Origin: Burkholderiales bacterium
Lineage (GTDB): Bacteria; Pseudomonadota; Gammaproteobacteria; Burkholderiales; Burkholderiaceae_D
Direction: 5' to 3'
NCBI GenBank assembly: GCA_026399895.1
Contig: JAPLQC010000022.1
Coordinates: 7,132-71,131 of the forward strand
DNA length: 64,000 bases
Numbering within the stretch: position 1 is the stretch's first letter; every line of letters starts with the position of its first letter. The position numbers and the translations under genes are program-made. The notes under the pieces were generated by a model. The model was not told the DNA's origin, ran no database searches, and worked only from the letters and a program-made list of their open reading frames with translations. Shown here in pieces: positions 1 through 9,577 of the stretch.

Positions 1-1
1 A

Positions 2-253
2 GCTAAGAAAGTCGTCGCCAAGAAGCCAGCGCCGAAAAAAGCAGCGCCGAAAAAAGCGGCACCAAGCAAGGCGGCCCCGAAAAAAGCAGCGCCCAAGAAG
101 GCTGCGCCGAAAAAGCCAGCTGTCGTCGCCAAGCCAGTAGTGGCGGCACCGGCACCGGTAGCAGCGGCGCCAGCACCGGCACCTGCAGCGCCAGCGACGA
201 CCGTCCTCAGCCCGGCAGCCGCTTGGCCATTCCCGACAGGTCTGCGTCCTTAA
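2..253 (+). CDS. C-terminal fragment (start outside window) of a Lys/Ala/Pro-rich histone H1-like / AlgP-like low-complexity protein
   Basis: The frame is open from the window edge to TAA at 251-253. It translates as AKKVVAKKPAPKKAAPKKAAPSKAAPKKAAPKKAAPKKPAVVAKP..., i.e. tandem xKKAA pentapeptides. A hairpin plus T-run follows. It is absent from the ORF track because it has no in-window start. Confidence 0.6.
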   Translation, partial: AKKVVAKKPAPKKAAPKKAAPSKAAPKKAAPKKAAPKKPAVVAKPVVAAPAPVAAAPAPAPAAPATTVLSPAAAWPFPTGLRP

Positions 254-293
254 GCGCCTGCGGCTCGGAGCCCATTGGGGCGCGAGCGAAAAC

Positions 294-329
294 ACCGCTG
301 CTGGCTCACGGGCTGCAGCGGTTTTTTTT
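294..329 (+). terminator. Rho-independent terminator
   Basis: Stem ACCGCTGC (294-301) pairs with GCAGCGGT (314-321) and is followed by a run of 8-9 T. Confidence 0.65.
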
Positions 330-338
330 CGGTTCGAA

Positions 339-926
339 GTGTGTAGAGATTCAGGCACAATCGTGCCGGTTCACCGTAAAGGCAGGGCGGCGCACTCACC
401 ACAACTGCGCGCTGTGCATTTCATCTGCGATAAAGGATCAAGGTGCTTTCTTCGATCTTCAACGCAGGCGGTGCGTGTGCGACCACCGTTTTCGCTCGGG
501 CAGCTGATTTTTCGCCTGACTGATTGGCTGGTGTTGCCGCTCAGGCGTGCACTGCCTGGTTTGGGAGGGCAAGATTGGGCAAGTCTGATTGGGGCCTGCC
601 TGATTACTCTGGCTGCGATCGCGATTCAGCTCGGCGTGCGCTCCGCATTTACGCTTGAGGCTTGGCTGCTACTTTCCTTGCTCTCGGTGGTGCACACGAT
701 TGCCTACAGCTTTATCGGCCTACTTATTCTTGAGGTAATTCTCAGCTGGGTGAACCCACACGCGCCGATAGCACCGACGGTGCGAGCGCTGACGGATCCT
801 CTGCTGAAACCATTTCGCCGAATTTTGCCGTCGATCTCGGGCATCGACTTATCACCAATTCTTGCTTTCTTGGCGCTGCGTATTTTGGTGTTTGTGGTCG
901 AGAACCTGGTCTACGCCATCTATTAA
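339..926 (+). CDS. yggT: YggT-family integral membrane protein (start uncertain, probably internal GTG near 472)
   Basis: FLRSSTQAVRVRPPFSLGQLIFRLTDWLVLPLRRALPG and C-terminal DPLLKPFRRILPSISGIDLSPILAFLALRIL match the two YGGT repeats. Residues upstream of about aa 38 are not hydrophobic, so the listed start is doubtful. Confidence 0.75.
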   Translation: MCRDSGTIVPVHRKGRAAHSPQLRAVHFICDKGSRCFLRSSTQAVRVRPPFSLGQLIFRLTDWLVLPLRRALPGLGGQDWASLIGACLITLAAIAIQLGVRSAFTLEAWLLLSLLSVVHTIAYSFIGLLILEVILSWVNPHAPIAPTVRALTDPLLKPFRRILPSISGIDLSPILAFLALRILVFVVENLVYAIY

Positions 927-1004
927 TGCCGCAAGGCGCGGTGTAGCCGTCGGGGCGAATAGTTGCGTTTATCGTTGTAGGTCTAGCCGGCCATCGACCT
1001 TGTT

Positions 1005-1940
1005 TCAAACAAATCGGTAGCCGAACTCTTTCTCGAAGCGAGCTTCAATGTCTTCAACCGTCGGCGCGTGATTCTGCCCGCCTTGGCTTTCGATTTTGAT
1101 GGCGCCCATCAGCGAGGCGAGTCGACCGATCGTCATCCAATCCATGCCGCGCGTCAGGCCGAACAGCATGCCAGCGCGGAAGGCATCACCACAGCCAGTG
1201 GGATCAATCACCTTGTCAGTCTTTACGACCGGGATGTCGTAACGAGTTTCTGCGGTGAAGATTTCAGCACCTTGCTCTCCGCGCGTGACCACAAGCGCTG
1301 AGACCCGCTCTGCAATTTCTGCCAAGCTCAGACCAGTACGCTCGGTCAATAACTCAGCTTCGTAATCATTGACTGCGACATAGGTCGCCATTTCGATGAA
1401 CTGCTTCAGCTCCTCGCCGCTGAACATGGGGAGACCCTGACCCGGATCAAAGATGAACGGAACGCCAAGCGCTGCGCAATCGCGCGCATGCTCGATCATG
1501 CCGTCACGTCCATCGGGCGCAATGATCGCGAGCTTGACGCCGCCCGCATCCTGTACCTTGTTGTGATGCGAGTTCGACATCGCACCGGGGTGGAAGGCAG
1601 TAATCTGGTTATTCGATTCGTCGGTGGTGATGAATGCTTGCGCGGTATAGGCATCGTCATACGCGCGTATGCAACGCGTGCTGATACCCAGTTTATTCAG
1701 TCGTTCGACATAAGGCGCGCCGTCTTGACCCAGCGTAGCCATAATCAAAGGGTCGCCATTCAAGAGCTTCAAGTTGTAAGCGATATTGCCTGCGCAGCCG
1801 CCATATTCGCGTCGGATATTCGGCACCAAAAAAGCGACATTGATTTTATGAAGCTGGTCAGCCAGCAGCGCTTCCGAGAAGCGGCCGTGGAAGGACATGA
1901 TGGTGTCAAAAGCGAGCGAGCCGCAGATCAGAGAAGTCAT
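1005..1940 (-). CDS. PfkB-family carbohydrate/nucleoside (adenosine-type) kinase
   Basis: 311 aa. It carries the C-terminal PfkB signature DPTGCGDAFRAG and the N-terminal GSLAFD motif. Confidence 0.85.
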   Translation of the reverse strand: MTSLICGSLAFDTIMSFHGRFSEALLADQLHKINVAFLVPNIRREYGGCAGNIAYNLKLLNGDPLIMATLGQDGAPYVERLNKLGISTRCIRAYDDAYTAQAFITTDESNNQITAFHPGAMSNSHHNKVQDAGGVKLAIIAPDGRDGMIEHARDCAALGVPFIFDPGQGLPMFSGEELKQFIEMATYVAVNDYEAELLTERTGLSLAEIAERVSALVVTRGEQGAEIFTAETRYDIPVVKTDKVIDPTGCGDAFRAGMLFGLTRGMDWMTIGRLASLMGAIKIESQGGQNHAPTVEDIEARFEKEFGYRFV

Positions 1941-1950
1941 GGTGAAGATG

Positions 1951-2922
1951 TTAAGGGTAGAAAATGCTCACGGCGAAACCAGCCGGTGGCTCGCCGGTCA
2001 GCGCGAGTGGAAGTCGAATCTCGCGCTCGGAGCGCGCTGGCATCCCCTCGCGCAGTTCATTCGGGGTGACATAGTCATTTGCCAGGAATACTTTACGAAC
2101 CAGCAGCGTGCCATCGGTATCGCGAAGTGTCAGCTCCAGGGCCGGCCAGGTCTGCGCGGTATCGGAGGTGTTTTGTAGCAGCGCGATTAGCGTCATCGGC
2201 AGCGTAACTTCGTTGCCGTTTCCAGCTGCTGCAGGGGCAGATTCAGATGGTGGTGCCTGCTCCAGACGGCTCGAGCTCAAGGAGAGCTGTTCGAGATTGA
2301 GTGGTAGTTTGATTTCGCAATGCAAGCGGACACAGGCCGCACGCAACAGTTTCCCAGCTTGCGGTGAGCGCGCTGCGATCTCATTGCGAAACATCCAACT
2401 CAGTTGTGCAATCAATGCCAGCAATAGAAGCGGGATACCGACCCATAGCAATACGCGTCGACCAGTCCCGCCGCGCGCCTGTTCACGCGCTTCCTTCACG
2501 AAGCCGGGCTGCTCTACCGCGGTTGTGGCCGCGGCAAATGGCGCAGGCTGCTCCTCGGCGAACTCGGTACGCTCAGTCGTAGACGATGGCGCCCAAGGTT
2601 TGCTCTGCAGATCCGAGATGGCGCGCGACAGTGCGTCCAGTTCTTCTTGCATGTTGGATTCGCTGGCAGCATTCTTCGTACTGCCGGGTGTACCAACATC
2701 GAACAAGGTCATTCGGTTCGAGAAATCTTGCGCCTCACTAGCCTCACTATCAGCGCTCGGTGCGGCACTGGGTTCGCCGGTGTACTCGAACACCGTATCG
2801 ATACCATTGAACACTTCACGACAGCTACCACAACGTACTTGGCCATCGCGTAGCTCCAGCTGAGCTAGCGTCACGCGGAATTGTGTACCGCAGTGCGGAC
2901 ATTGCGTTGCCAGTTGTTCCAT
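1951..2922 (-). CDS. MJ0042-type zinc-ribbon protein with one TM segment and a DUF3426-like C-terminal domain
   Basis: The N-terminus is CPHCGTQFRV...VRCGSCREVFNG (two CxxC pairs). It is followed by a low-complexity linker, a hydrophobic helix (VLLWVGIPLLLLALIAQL) and a C-terminal beta-rich domain. Confidence 0.75.
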   Translation of the reverse strand: MEQLATQCPHCGTQFRVTLAQLELRDGQVRCGSCREVFNGIDTVFEYTGEPSAAPSADSEASEAQDFSNRMTLFDVGTPGSTKNAASESNMQEELDALSRAISDLQSKPWAPSSTTERTEFAEEQPAPFAAATTAVEQPGFVKEAREQARGGTGRRVLLWVGIPLLLLALIAQLSWMFRNEIAARSPQAGKLLRAACVRLHCEIKLPLNLEQLSLSSSRLEQAPPSESAPAAAGNGNEVTLPMTLIALLQNTSDTAQTWPALELTLRDTDGTLLVRKVFLANDYVTPNELREGMPARSEREIRLPLALTGEPPAGFAVSIFYP

Positions 2923-2924
2923 GC

Positions 2925-3836
2925 TCAGTGCTCCTTGCGGCCAGCGAGCGCGACCCAGCCGTCACGCTCAGCGGCGACCGCGAGTGTGATGTAGGGTGCG
3001 TAACTTGCGATCAACTCGTCGGTTTGGCGCGCCAAGATGCCCGACAGCACCATCGCACCGCCGGTCGCTACCCGGCTGGCCAGCATCGGCGCCATTAACT
3101 TCAACGGACCGGAAAGAATATTGGCTGCAACGATGTCATAGCGCGCGCCTTCGCGTTCGAGCGCAAAGTCGGCGGGTATAAACCAGTTGATATCCACGCA
3201 GTGATTACGCTCGGCGTTGTCGCGTGCAGCGTTGATCGCTTGTGGATCGATATCAATGCCATCCACGTTCATCGCGCTGAGCTTGCGCGCCAAGATCGCC
3301 AGGATGCCAGAGCCACAGCCATAGTCGAGCACGCTGCAACCTACTTGCACATGCTGCTCCAGCCACTCCATACACAGGCGCGTGGTCGGGTGGCTGCCGG
3401 TGCCGAATGCCAAGCCCGGATCAAGCTCAAGTACCAGCGCATCGGGTTGTGGCGCGGCATGCCAGCTCGGTACCACCCAAATGTTTTGACCAATCGGAAT
3501 CGGATCAAATTGCGCCTGCGTCACTCGCACCCAATCTTGCTCGGCCACGGCGCGCAGCGTGAAGCTGAGTTGACTGATTTCGTCGCATTGGGCTTGGGCT
3601 TGATTCACCAGCGCAGTGTGATCCATGTCCGCAGCAGTCAGTGCCACCACACGACTACGCTCCCAAGCTTGGGCAGTTGGTTCCATACCGGGTTCCCCGA
3701 ACAAGGGCTGCTCGGCTTCGGTACCCTGATCTGCATCTTCCACCGAGACCGATAAGGCACCCGCTTCGATTAGCGCATCCGACACTTGTTCGGCTTGTGC
3801 GCGGGGCAATTCGATCACGATCTCGGTCCAACTCAT
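2925..3836 (-). CDS. prmA: Ribosomal protein L11 methyltransferase
   Basis: It has the SAM motif [13 protein letters not shown], a PrmA-like N-terminus, and the conserved accBC-prmA order. Confidence 0.9.
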   Translation of the reverse strand: MSWTEIVIELPRAQAEQVSDALIEAGALSVSVEDADQGTEAEQPLFGEPGMEPTAQAWERSRVVALTAADMDHTALVNQAQAQCDEISQLSFTLRAVAEQDWVRVTQAQFDPIPIGQNIWVVPSWHAAPQPDALVLELDPGLAFGTGSHPTTRLCMEWLEQHVQVGCSVLDYGCGSGILAILARKLSAMNVDGIDIDPQAINAARDNAERNHCVDINWFIPADFALEREGARYDIVAANILSGPLKLMAPMLASRVATGGAMVLSGILARQTDELIASYAPYITLAVAAERDGWVALAGRKEH

Positions 3837-3841
3837 AGTGT

Positions 3842-5188
3842 TTACTTTTTGTTGGCCAGCTTTTGCTCGAGGTAGTGAATATTGGTGCCACCCTCGATAA
3901 AGCGTCCATCCACCATCAACTCACGGTGCAGCGGGATATTGGTTTGTATACCTTCAACCACCATCTCGGACAGCGCGATCTGCATGCGTCGGATCGCTTG
4001 CTCACGGGTGATACCGTAGGAGATGACTTTGCCGACCATGGAGTCGTAGTTGGGTGGAACGAAATAGCCAGCGTAAGCATGCGAGTCGACGCGAATGCCA
4101 GGGCCACCCGGCGCATGCCATGCCTGAATCCGACCCGGCGATGGCGTGAACTTGAAGGGGTCCTCGGCGTTAATGCGGCACTCGATCGCGTGCCCCTTTA
4201 AAACGATGTCGCGCTGCTTGAAGCGCAGTCGCTCACCGGCAGCGATACGAATCTGCTCTTGCACCAGATCGATACCGGTAATCATTTCAGTGACTGGGTG
4301 CTCGACCTGAATACGGGTGTTCATTTCGATGAAGTAGAACTCACCGTTTTCATACAAGAACTCGAAGGTACCTGCACCGCGATAACCGATTTTGCGGCAG
4401 GCTTCAGCGCAACGGTCACCGATTTTCTCGATCAGCTTGCGCGGAATACCGGGTGCCGGTGCTTCTTCAATCACTTTTTGGTGACGGCGCTGCATAGAGC
4501 AGTCGCGCTCGCCGAGCCAGATGGCATTCTTAAATTCGTCGGCAAGAATCTGGATTTCCACGTGACGCGGATTCTCCAGAAATTTCTCCATATAGACCTC
4601 GGGGTTGCCGAATGCAGCACCGGCCTCGGTCTTGGTCATGGTCACAGCATTAAGCAGCGCGGCTTCGGTATGCACCACGCGCATGCCGCGTCCACCACCG
4701 CCGCCGGCCGCCTTGATGATCACCGGGTAGCCGATACGGCGCGCGGTTTGCACGATGATTTTTGGGTCATCCGGTAATGCACCCTCGGAGCCGGGAACAC
4801 ATGGCACGCCAGCTTTGATCATGGCCTGCTTGGCAGAGACCTTGTCACCCATCAAGCGGATTGAATCCGAGCGCGGGCCGATGAAGACAAAACCTGATTG
4901 CTCGACACGCTCGGCGAAGTCGGCGTTCTCGGACAAAAAGCCATAACCAGGATGAATCGCCTCAGCGTCGGTAACTTCAGCGGCGCTGATGATGGCGGGC
5001 ATCGACAAATAGCTTTGTGCCGACGGTGGCGGGCCGATACAAACCGACTCGTCCGCTAACTTGACGTACTTGGCCTCGCGATCAGCCTCGGAGTGAACGA
5101 CGACCGTCTTGATGCCCATCTCGCGGCAGGCACGCTGTATACGTAAGGCGATTTCGCCGCGGTTGGCGATCAGAATTTTTTCAAACAT
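3842..5188 (-). CDS. accC: Acetyl-CoA carboxylase, biotin carboxylase subunit
   Basis: 448 aa beginning [17 protein letters not shown]. It has the ATP-grasp region, the [14 protein letters not shown] motif, and a GGAG Shine-Dalgarno about 9 nt upstream. Confidence 0.97.
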   Translation of the reverse strand: MFEKILIANRGEIALRIQRACREMGIKTVVVHSEADREAKYVKLADESVCIGPPPSAQSYLSMPAIISAAEVTDAEAIHPGYGFLSENADFAERVEQSGFVFIGPRSDSIRLMGDKVSAKQAMIKAGVPCVPGSEGALPDDPKIIVQTARRIGYPVIIKAAGGGGGRGMRVVHTEAALLNAVTMTKTEAGAAFGNPEVYMEKFLENPRHVEIQILADEFKNAIWLGERDCSMQRRHQKVIEEAPAPGIPRKLIEKIGDRCAEACRKIGYRGAGTFEFLYENGEFYFIEMNTRIQVEHPVTEMITGIDLVQEQIRIAAGERLRFKQRDIVLKGHAIECRINAEDPFKFTPSPGRIQAWHAPGGPGIRVDSHAYAGYFVPPNYDSMVGKVISYGITREQAIRRMQIALSEMVVEGIQTNIPLHRELMVDGRFIEGGTNIHYLEQKLANKK

Positions 5189-5306
5189 GGGTGGTCTCCG
5201 CGGCGAAACCGCCTTCGCTGCCTTCGGCAGCTGCGCGATTTAACTTCGTTGCTGCGCCGCTTCGCGGCTGGTCGCCGCGATTCGCGATAAGGATTTTTTC
5301 AAACAT
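5181..5306 (-). other. 41-codon upstream ORF that starts with a diverged copy of the first 11 accC codons and stops inside accC codons 2-3
   Basis: Hand translation gives [41 protein letters not shown]. Its TGA lies within the ATGTTTGA of the accC start. It is below the ORF-track size cutoff. Coding status is unknown. Confidence 0.3.
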
Positions 5307-5342
5307 GAGTCATGCAGCTTTCAGCGGCGGTGAGAGGGCGCT

Positions 5343-5810
5343 TCATTCAATGATGAACAGCGGTTGGCCATACTCAACCGCCTGACCGTTCTCCACCAAA
5401 ATTTGACGGATGGTGCCGCTGGCGTCGGCGTCGATTTCATTGAGCAGCTTCATCGCCTCGATGATGCAGAGCGTATCGCCTTCCTTGACGACCGAGCCGA
5501 TATCAACAAAGGCGGGTGCTCCCGGCGCTGAGGCACGATAGAAGGTACCGACCATCGGCGACTTGACGATATGACCCGTGGGTGCGGCTTCTGGTGCAGC
5601 GGCCGGCGCCGCGAGCGGTGCGGCTGCGACAGCAGTCGCAGCCGCGGGTGCTGCCACTGCTGCCGAGGGCATCATCACGACCTGGTTTTGTGCAGAATGC
5701 GCCGTGGTCTTAACGATGCGCACCTTGCTCTCACCTTCGGTGACCTCGAGTTCCGAGATATCGGATTCGGCCACCAAATCAATCAGGGTCTTGAGTTTTC
5801 TGAGATCCAT
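5343..5810 (-). CDS. accB: Acetyl-CoA carboxylase biotin carboxyl carrier protein
   Basis: 155 aa with an Ala/Pro linker and the biotinylation motif [10 protein letters not shown]. Confidence 0.95.
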   Translation of the reverse strand: MDLRKLKTLIDLVAESDISELEVTEGESKVRIVKTTAHSAQNQVVMMPSAAVAAPAAATAVAAAPLAAPAAAPEAAPTGHIVKSPMVGTFYRASAPGAPAFVDIGSVVKEGDTLCIIEAMKLLNEIDADASGTIRQILVENGQAVEYGQPLFIIE

Positions 5811-5882
5811 GGGTTTTATTGACTGGGTTAATAGGTCCCGGCCCCGCGCTCACCGCGCCAAGCCGAATGCTTCTAATAATGA

Positions 5883-6320
5883 CTAAAGCCGGTGCAGTGC
5901 GTAATCAATGGCGTGCCGGTAGCCGTCGGCACCGAAGCCACAAATCACACCTGCGGCCAACTCGGACAGGTAAGAGTGATGGCGAAATTCTTCACGCCGG
6001 TGAATATTCGAGATGTGGACTTCGATGAACGGGATACCAACGCCTGCCAGCGCATCTCGCAATGCAATGCTCGTGTGGGTCAGCCCACCCGGGTTGATTA
6101 CGATGGTATCGACCGACTCGCTACGTGCAGCGTGAATGCGGTCAATCAGCTCGCCTTCATGATTGCTCTGAAAATGCGACAGCGCCGCACCGCCAGCCTT
6201 GGCCTGCGCCACTGCATCCCGCTCGATCTCAGCCAGCGTGGTCGAACCATAGACCTCCGGCTCGCGACTACCGAGCAGATTGAGGTTGGGTCCGTTTAGC
6301 AGGAGCAAATTTTTTGCCAT
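5883..6320 (-). CDS. aroQ: 3-dehydroquinate dehydratase, type II
   Basis: [25 protein letters not shown] is the family N-terminus. The start was trimmed to the ATG at 6320. Confidence 0.93.
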   Translation of the reverse strand: MAKNLLLLNGPNLNLLGSREPEVYGSTTLAEIERDAVAQAKAGGAALSHFQSNHEGELIDRIHAARSESVDTIVINPGGLTHTSIALRDALAGVGIPFIEVHISNIHRREEFRHHSYLSELAAGVICGFGADGYRHAIDYALHRL

Positions 6321-6400
6321 CGAAAAGCCGCAATTTGGCGAAGAAGGCAGCATTTTCCTGCAAAATGCCGTCGGATGGCAAGAAGAAACCTTCTCTAAGG

Positions 6401-6919
6401 CTACATGGATGCCAGATCTGCCCTGACTTTTTCCATATCCAGTCGGCCCATATAGGTTTTACGGACGCTGCCGTCGGCACCGATCAAGATGGTGAAGGGC
6501 AGGCCGCCCGATTGATTCCCAAACTGCCGGGATAGCTCGCTACCCTCCAGGCCACCCAGAAGCAGCGGATAAGTAATGTGATGCTTTTCGGCGAATTCGC
6601 GGATGTTCGAGGGTGAATCGATACCGATGCCAACTATTTGAAGGTTTTTGCTGGCCAAGTCATTTTGTAGCGCGACTAGCTCAGGCATCTCAGAGACACA
6701 GGGCGGGCACCAGGTTGCCCAAAAATTGACCAGCAAGACCTTACCTTGCCATTCCGACATCTTACGCTGACGGCCGCCACTATCTTTTAGTGAGACCTGC
6801 ATCAGCGCGCCGACCGCGGTATCGGCCGGGGCTGTGGGCTGAAAGCGCTTTGCGCCAAAATAAATACCAATCGCCGTAAATAAGACGGCGATAACGACAA
6901 AAGCGGTAATTTTCTTCAA
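6401..6919 (-). CDS. TlpA/ResA-like periplasmic thiol:disulfide oxidoreductase
   Basis: N-terminal membrane anchor plus a thioredoxin fold with WATWCPPC. Confidence 0.85.
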   Translation of the reverse strand: MKKITAFVVIAVLFTAIGIYFGAKRFQPTAPADTAVGALMQVSLKDSGGRQRKMSEWQGKVLLVNFWATWCPPCVSEMPELVALQNDLASKNLQIVGIGIDSPSNIREFAEKHHITYPLLLGGLEGSELSRQFGNQSGGLPFTILIGADGSVRKTYMGRLDMEKVRADLASM

Positions 6920-7521
6920 GTATCAGGCTCCTCGACCAGCAGTGCGCGCAGCCCGGTAAGGTCCGCGCGCTCGACAAATTTGCGGCCAGCGCCGCGCAAG
7001 TCGTCCGGATCATACAGCGAGAGATGCACCCCTTCGTGCTTCCACAAGAAGGACAGGGTCTCTACATAGCGATCCGGATGCCGGAAATGGTTTGACTCGG
7101 AAACCTCGTAGTCGATGTTCGCGTTCAGCAAAAATACCGCCACATCCTTGCTGTTATCAGCAAAAAGAAGCAGATGGATATCAGAGTGTTCGCCCGCTGT
7201 GCCATTCAGCACCGCGCCGGTAATCCAGGGCGAGAAGTCGGAAAGCTTTTCCATAAGCTCAACTGCGATCAGCCGCAACTGTCGGAGGCGCTGCGGCTGT
7301 GACTCACCAAAAAACAAGGCTTGGTATTCGCGAACCTGCGCCTCGACCTGCGCATTGTCGGGCAGTACATCGCCGCGTATTTTTTGATTACCGATTATCA
7401 ACTTCGCCGCCTTGCGCTTGGCGCTGGCATAGTCGGCGCCGTCTTCAGCAATCATGCGCGCGGCAGCAGCAGCAATCTCTGCGCGTAAATGCTCTGCATC
7501 ACTCGGGGTATGGATAGCCAT
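6916..7521 (-). CDS. Conserved hypothetical protein (function not recognised)
   Basis: The ORF was trimmed to MAIHTPSDAEHL... (ATG at 7521). The longer version overlaps the divergent mpl gene. It shares a 4-nt overlap with the downstream tlpA-like gene, which suggests an operon. Confidence 0.6.
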   Translation of the reverse strand: MAIHTPSDAEHLRAEIAAAAARMIAEDGADYASAKRKAAKLIIGNQKIRGDVLPDNAQVEAQVREYQALFFGESQPQRLRQLRLIAVELMEKLSDFSPWITGAVLNGTAGEHSDIHLLLFADNSKDVAVFLLNANIDYEVSESNHFRHPDRYVETLSFLWKHEGVHLSLYDPDDLRGAGRKFVERADLTGLRALLVEEPDT

Positions 7522-7665
7522 CAAAGCCTGATATTGAGTTGAGCAGGGGCGTGTCGCTTGCGCCAGCCGCAGAAGCTGCAAATTCTGGTGTGCCCATGAA
7601 ATGGGGGAACAGCCGGTCGGGTAAAATCGCACATTCATTACGCGACAACGCGACTCAGATTCTAT

Positions 7666-9015
7666 ATGCACATTCACATTCTCGGCATCTGTGGCACCTT
7701 CATGGGTGGTCTCGCAGCGCTGGCCAAAGAAGCTGGGTACAAGGTGACAGGTTGCGATGCCAATGTCTACCCCCCAATGAGCACGCAGCTGCGTGCGCAG
7801 GGTATCGAGCTGATCGAGGGTTTCGGCCCACATCAGATGAGCTTGCAGCCGGACATGTACGTCATTGGTAATGTGGTTTCGCGCGGCAACCCGCTGATGG
7901 AAGCCATCATGAATCGCGGCCTGCCGTATATCTCAGGTCCGCAGTGGATGGGCGAGCATATCTTGCGCGATAAATGGGTACTGGCAGTTGCGGGCACTCA
8001 CGGCAAGACAACCACCGCATCCATGCTGGCGTGGATATTGGAAGATGCGGGCTATCAGCCCGGTTTTCTGATTGGTGGTGTGCCGATGAATTTCGGCATA
8101 TCGGCGCGGCTGGGTGGTGCAGGTGGTGACGGCGCCTCCTTCTTCGTCATCGAAGCGGACGAATACGACACCGCGTTCTTCGACAAGCGCAGCAAGTTTG
8201 TGCACTACCACCCGCGCACCGCTATCTTGAACAACCTCGAATACGACCACGCTGATATTTTTCCGGATCTGGCAGCGATTGAGACGCAGTTCCACCATCT
8301 GGTCCGAACAATTCCTTCCAGCGGACGGCTGGTCGTGAATGGTGGTGAGACCGCCTTGCGTCGCGTGATTGATCGTGGTTGCTGGAGCGAGGTCGAATGG
8401 TTCAATGCCGATCAGGGCTGGGAGATGATCGAACATGGCGAAGATCGCTTTGACATTGTTCATCAGGGCGAGCGTGTTGGCGCACTGCGCTGGTCCCTGA
8501 CCGGAACCCATAACCGTTGGAACGCGATCGCCGCGATCGCTGCCGCGCGCCATGTCGGCGTGCCGCCGTCGCAGGCGATTGTCTCGCTCGCGTCTTTTGA
8601 AAACGTGAAGCGTCGTATGGAGACGCGCGGTGTTGTCAATGGCGTTTCTGTCATCGATGACTTTGCCCATCATCCGACCGCGATAGCGACCACAGTCGGT
8701 GGCCTGCGCCGCAAGGTCGGCAAAGCGCGAATTCTTGCCGTGCTCGAGCCACGCTCGAACACCATGAAGCTGGGCACAATGAAAGAAGCGCTGCCGGGTA
8801 GTCTGGCCGAAGCGGATCTGGTATTTGGCTATGGCGCGAAAGGCGAGGCTAAAGAAGCACTCGGCTGGGATCTGGGCGCAGCGCTGGCACCGCTGGGTGA
8901 GCGCGCTCTGGTCTTTGATGATCTGTCGGCACTGGTGACAGCAGTGGTCGCCGCAGCGCAGCCAGGTGACTCAGTTCTTGTGATGAGCAACGGCGGTTTT
9001 GGTGGCGTGCACCAG
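7666..9015 (+). other. Mpl ligase module of the fusion
   Basis: Ends at ...SNGGFGGVHQ, which is close to the natural C-terminus of stand-alone Mpl proteins (recalled from memory). Confidence 0.7.
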
Positions 9016-9570
9016 ATTCACGGGTTTCGCTCTTCGCCCGCATCGTTCAAGGCGCGCCGTTTGCAGCAGTATTTCGAACAGCGCGGCGAGCCCGAGCGTT
9101 TTATCTGTCCGCAGCTGCCGCCCTCGCCAAGTGAGGCTTTTGCATTAGCAAGCCAGTTGGTCAGTCATTATTCTGCTGATGCGTTCGCCGTTGTTGGCTC
9201 GTCACTCGGAGGGTTTTATGCGACCGCAATTGCCGAAGCCACCGGTTGTCGCGCTGTGCTGCTGAATCCGGCGGTTTGGCCTGCGCGCGACCTCGCGAAG
9301 TATATTGGTGAGCAAACCGCATGGCACTCTGACGATAGATTCTTTTTCCAGCCGGCGTTCATTGATGAGTTGCAGGCACTTACCGTTGAGCGAATAACTC
9401 AGCCTGAGCGCTATCTGCTACTGGCCGCAACGGGTGATGAGGTACTCGATTGGCGCGAGATGACGGCGCGCTATGCAGGCGCAACACAACGAGTGATCGA
9501 GGGTAGCGATCATGGTTTGTCGGACTTTGAGCAATACATCGATGAGGTAGTCAGCTTTTGCGAGCGATAA
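7666..9570 (+). CDS. mpl: UDP-N-acetylmuramate:L-Ala-gamma-D-Glu-meso-DAP ligase (Mpl) fused in frame to a YqiA-like alpha/beta esterase
   Basis: aa 1-450 are Mur-ligase-like (GTHGKTTT P-loop, DDFAHHPTAI, MSNGGFGGVHQ). aa 451-634 are YqiA/UPF0227-like (IHGFRSSPASFKA, GSSLGG nucleophile elbow, GDEVLD, SDHG). Confidence 0.85.
   Translation: MHIHILGICGTFMGGLAALAKEAGYKVTGCDANVYPPMSTQLRAQGIELIEGFGPHQMSLQPDMYVIGNVVSRGNPLMEAIMNRGLPYISGPQWMGEHILRDKWVLAVAGTHGKTTTASMLAWILEDAGYQPGFLIGGVPMNFGISARLGGAGGDGASFFVIEADEYDTAFFDKRSKFVHYHPRTAILNNLEYDHADIFPDLAAIETQFHHLVRTIPSSGRLVVNGGETALRRVIDRGCWSEVEWFNADQGWEMIEHGEDRFDIVHQGERVGALRWSLTGTHNRWNAIAAIAAARHVGVPPSQAIVSLASFENVKRRMETRGVVNGVSVIDDFAHHPTAIATTVGGLRRKVGKARILAVLEPRSNTMKLGTMKEALPGSLAEADLVFGYGAKGEAKEALGWDLGAALAPLGERALVFDDLSALVTAVVAAAQPGDSVLVMSNGGFGGVHQIHGFRSSPASFKARRLQQYFEQRGEPERFICPQLPPSPSEAFALASQLVSHYSADAFAVVGSSLGGFYATAIAEATGCRAVLLNPAVWPARDLAKYIGEQTAWHSDDRFFFQPAFIDELQALTVERITQPERYLLLAATGDEVLDWREMTARYAGATQRVIEGSDHGLSDFEQYIDEVVSFCER
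9016..9570 (+). other. YqiA-like esterase module of the fusion
   Basis: Begins at IHGFRSSP, which in stand-alone family members lies about 6-8 residues after the initiator Met. The Ser-Asp-His triad candidates are all present. Confidence 0.7.
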
Positions 9571-9577
9571 GAAGCGA

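Noticed and set aside
2108-2863. A long 251-aa plus-strand ORF antisense to the zinc-ribbon gene. Similar long shadow ORFs occur at 11292-11858, 16648-17121, 31314-31868, 45423-45989, 51633-52208 and 52316-52765.
   Set aside because: All lie entirely antisense to genes with clear family motifs. Their products are Arg/Ala/Ser/Cys-rich low-complexity sequences typical of GC-rich shadow frames. None has a plausible ribosome-binding site or recognisable domain.
5189-5267. The spacer between the two accC 5' copies, considered as a MITE/REP insertion because of two small GC hairpins.
   Set aside because: There are no terminal inverted repeats, no target-site duplication beyond the accC copy itself, and no second copy in the window. 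I cannot support a mobile-element call.
7522-7833. N-terminal 104 codons of the listed ORF 6916-7833.
   Set aside because: The extension overlaps the divergent mpl start and promoter region and is Cys/His-rich nonsense-like sequence. The internal ATG at 7521 gives a compact 201-aa protein.
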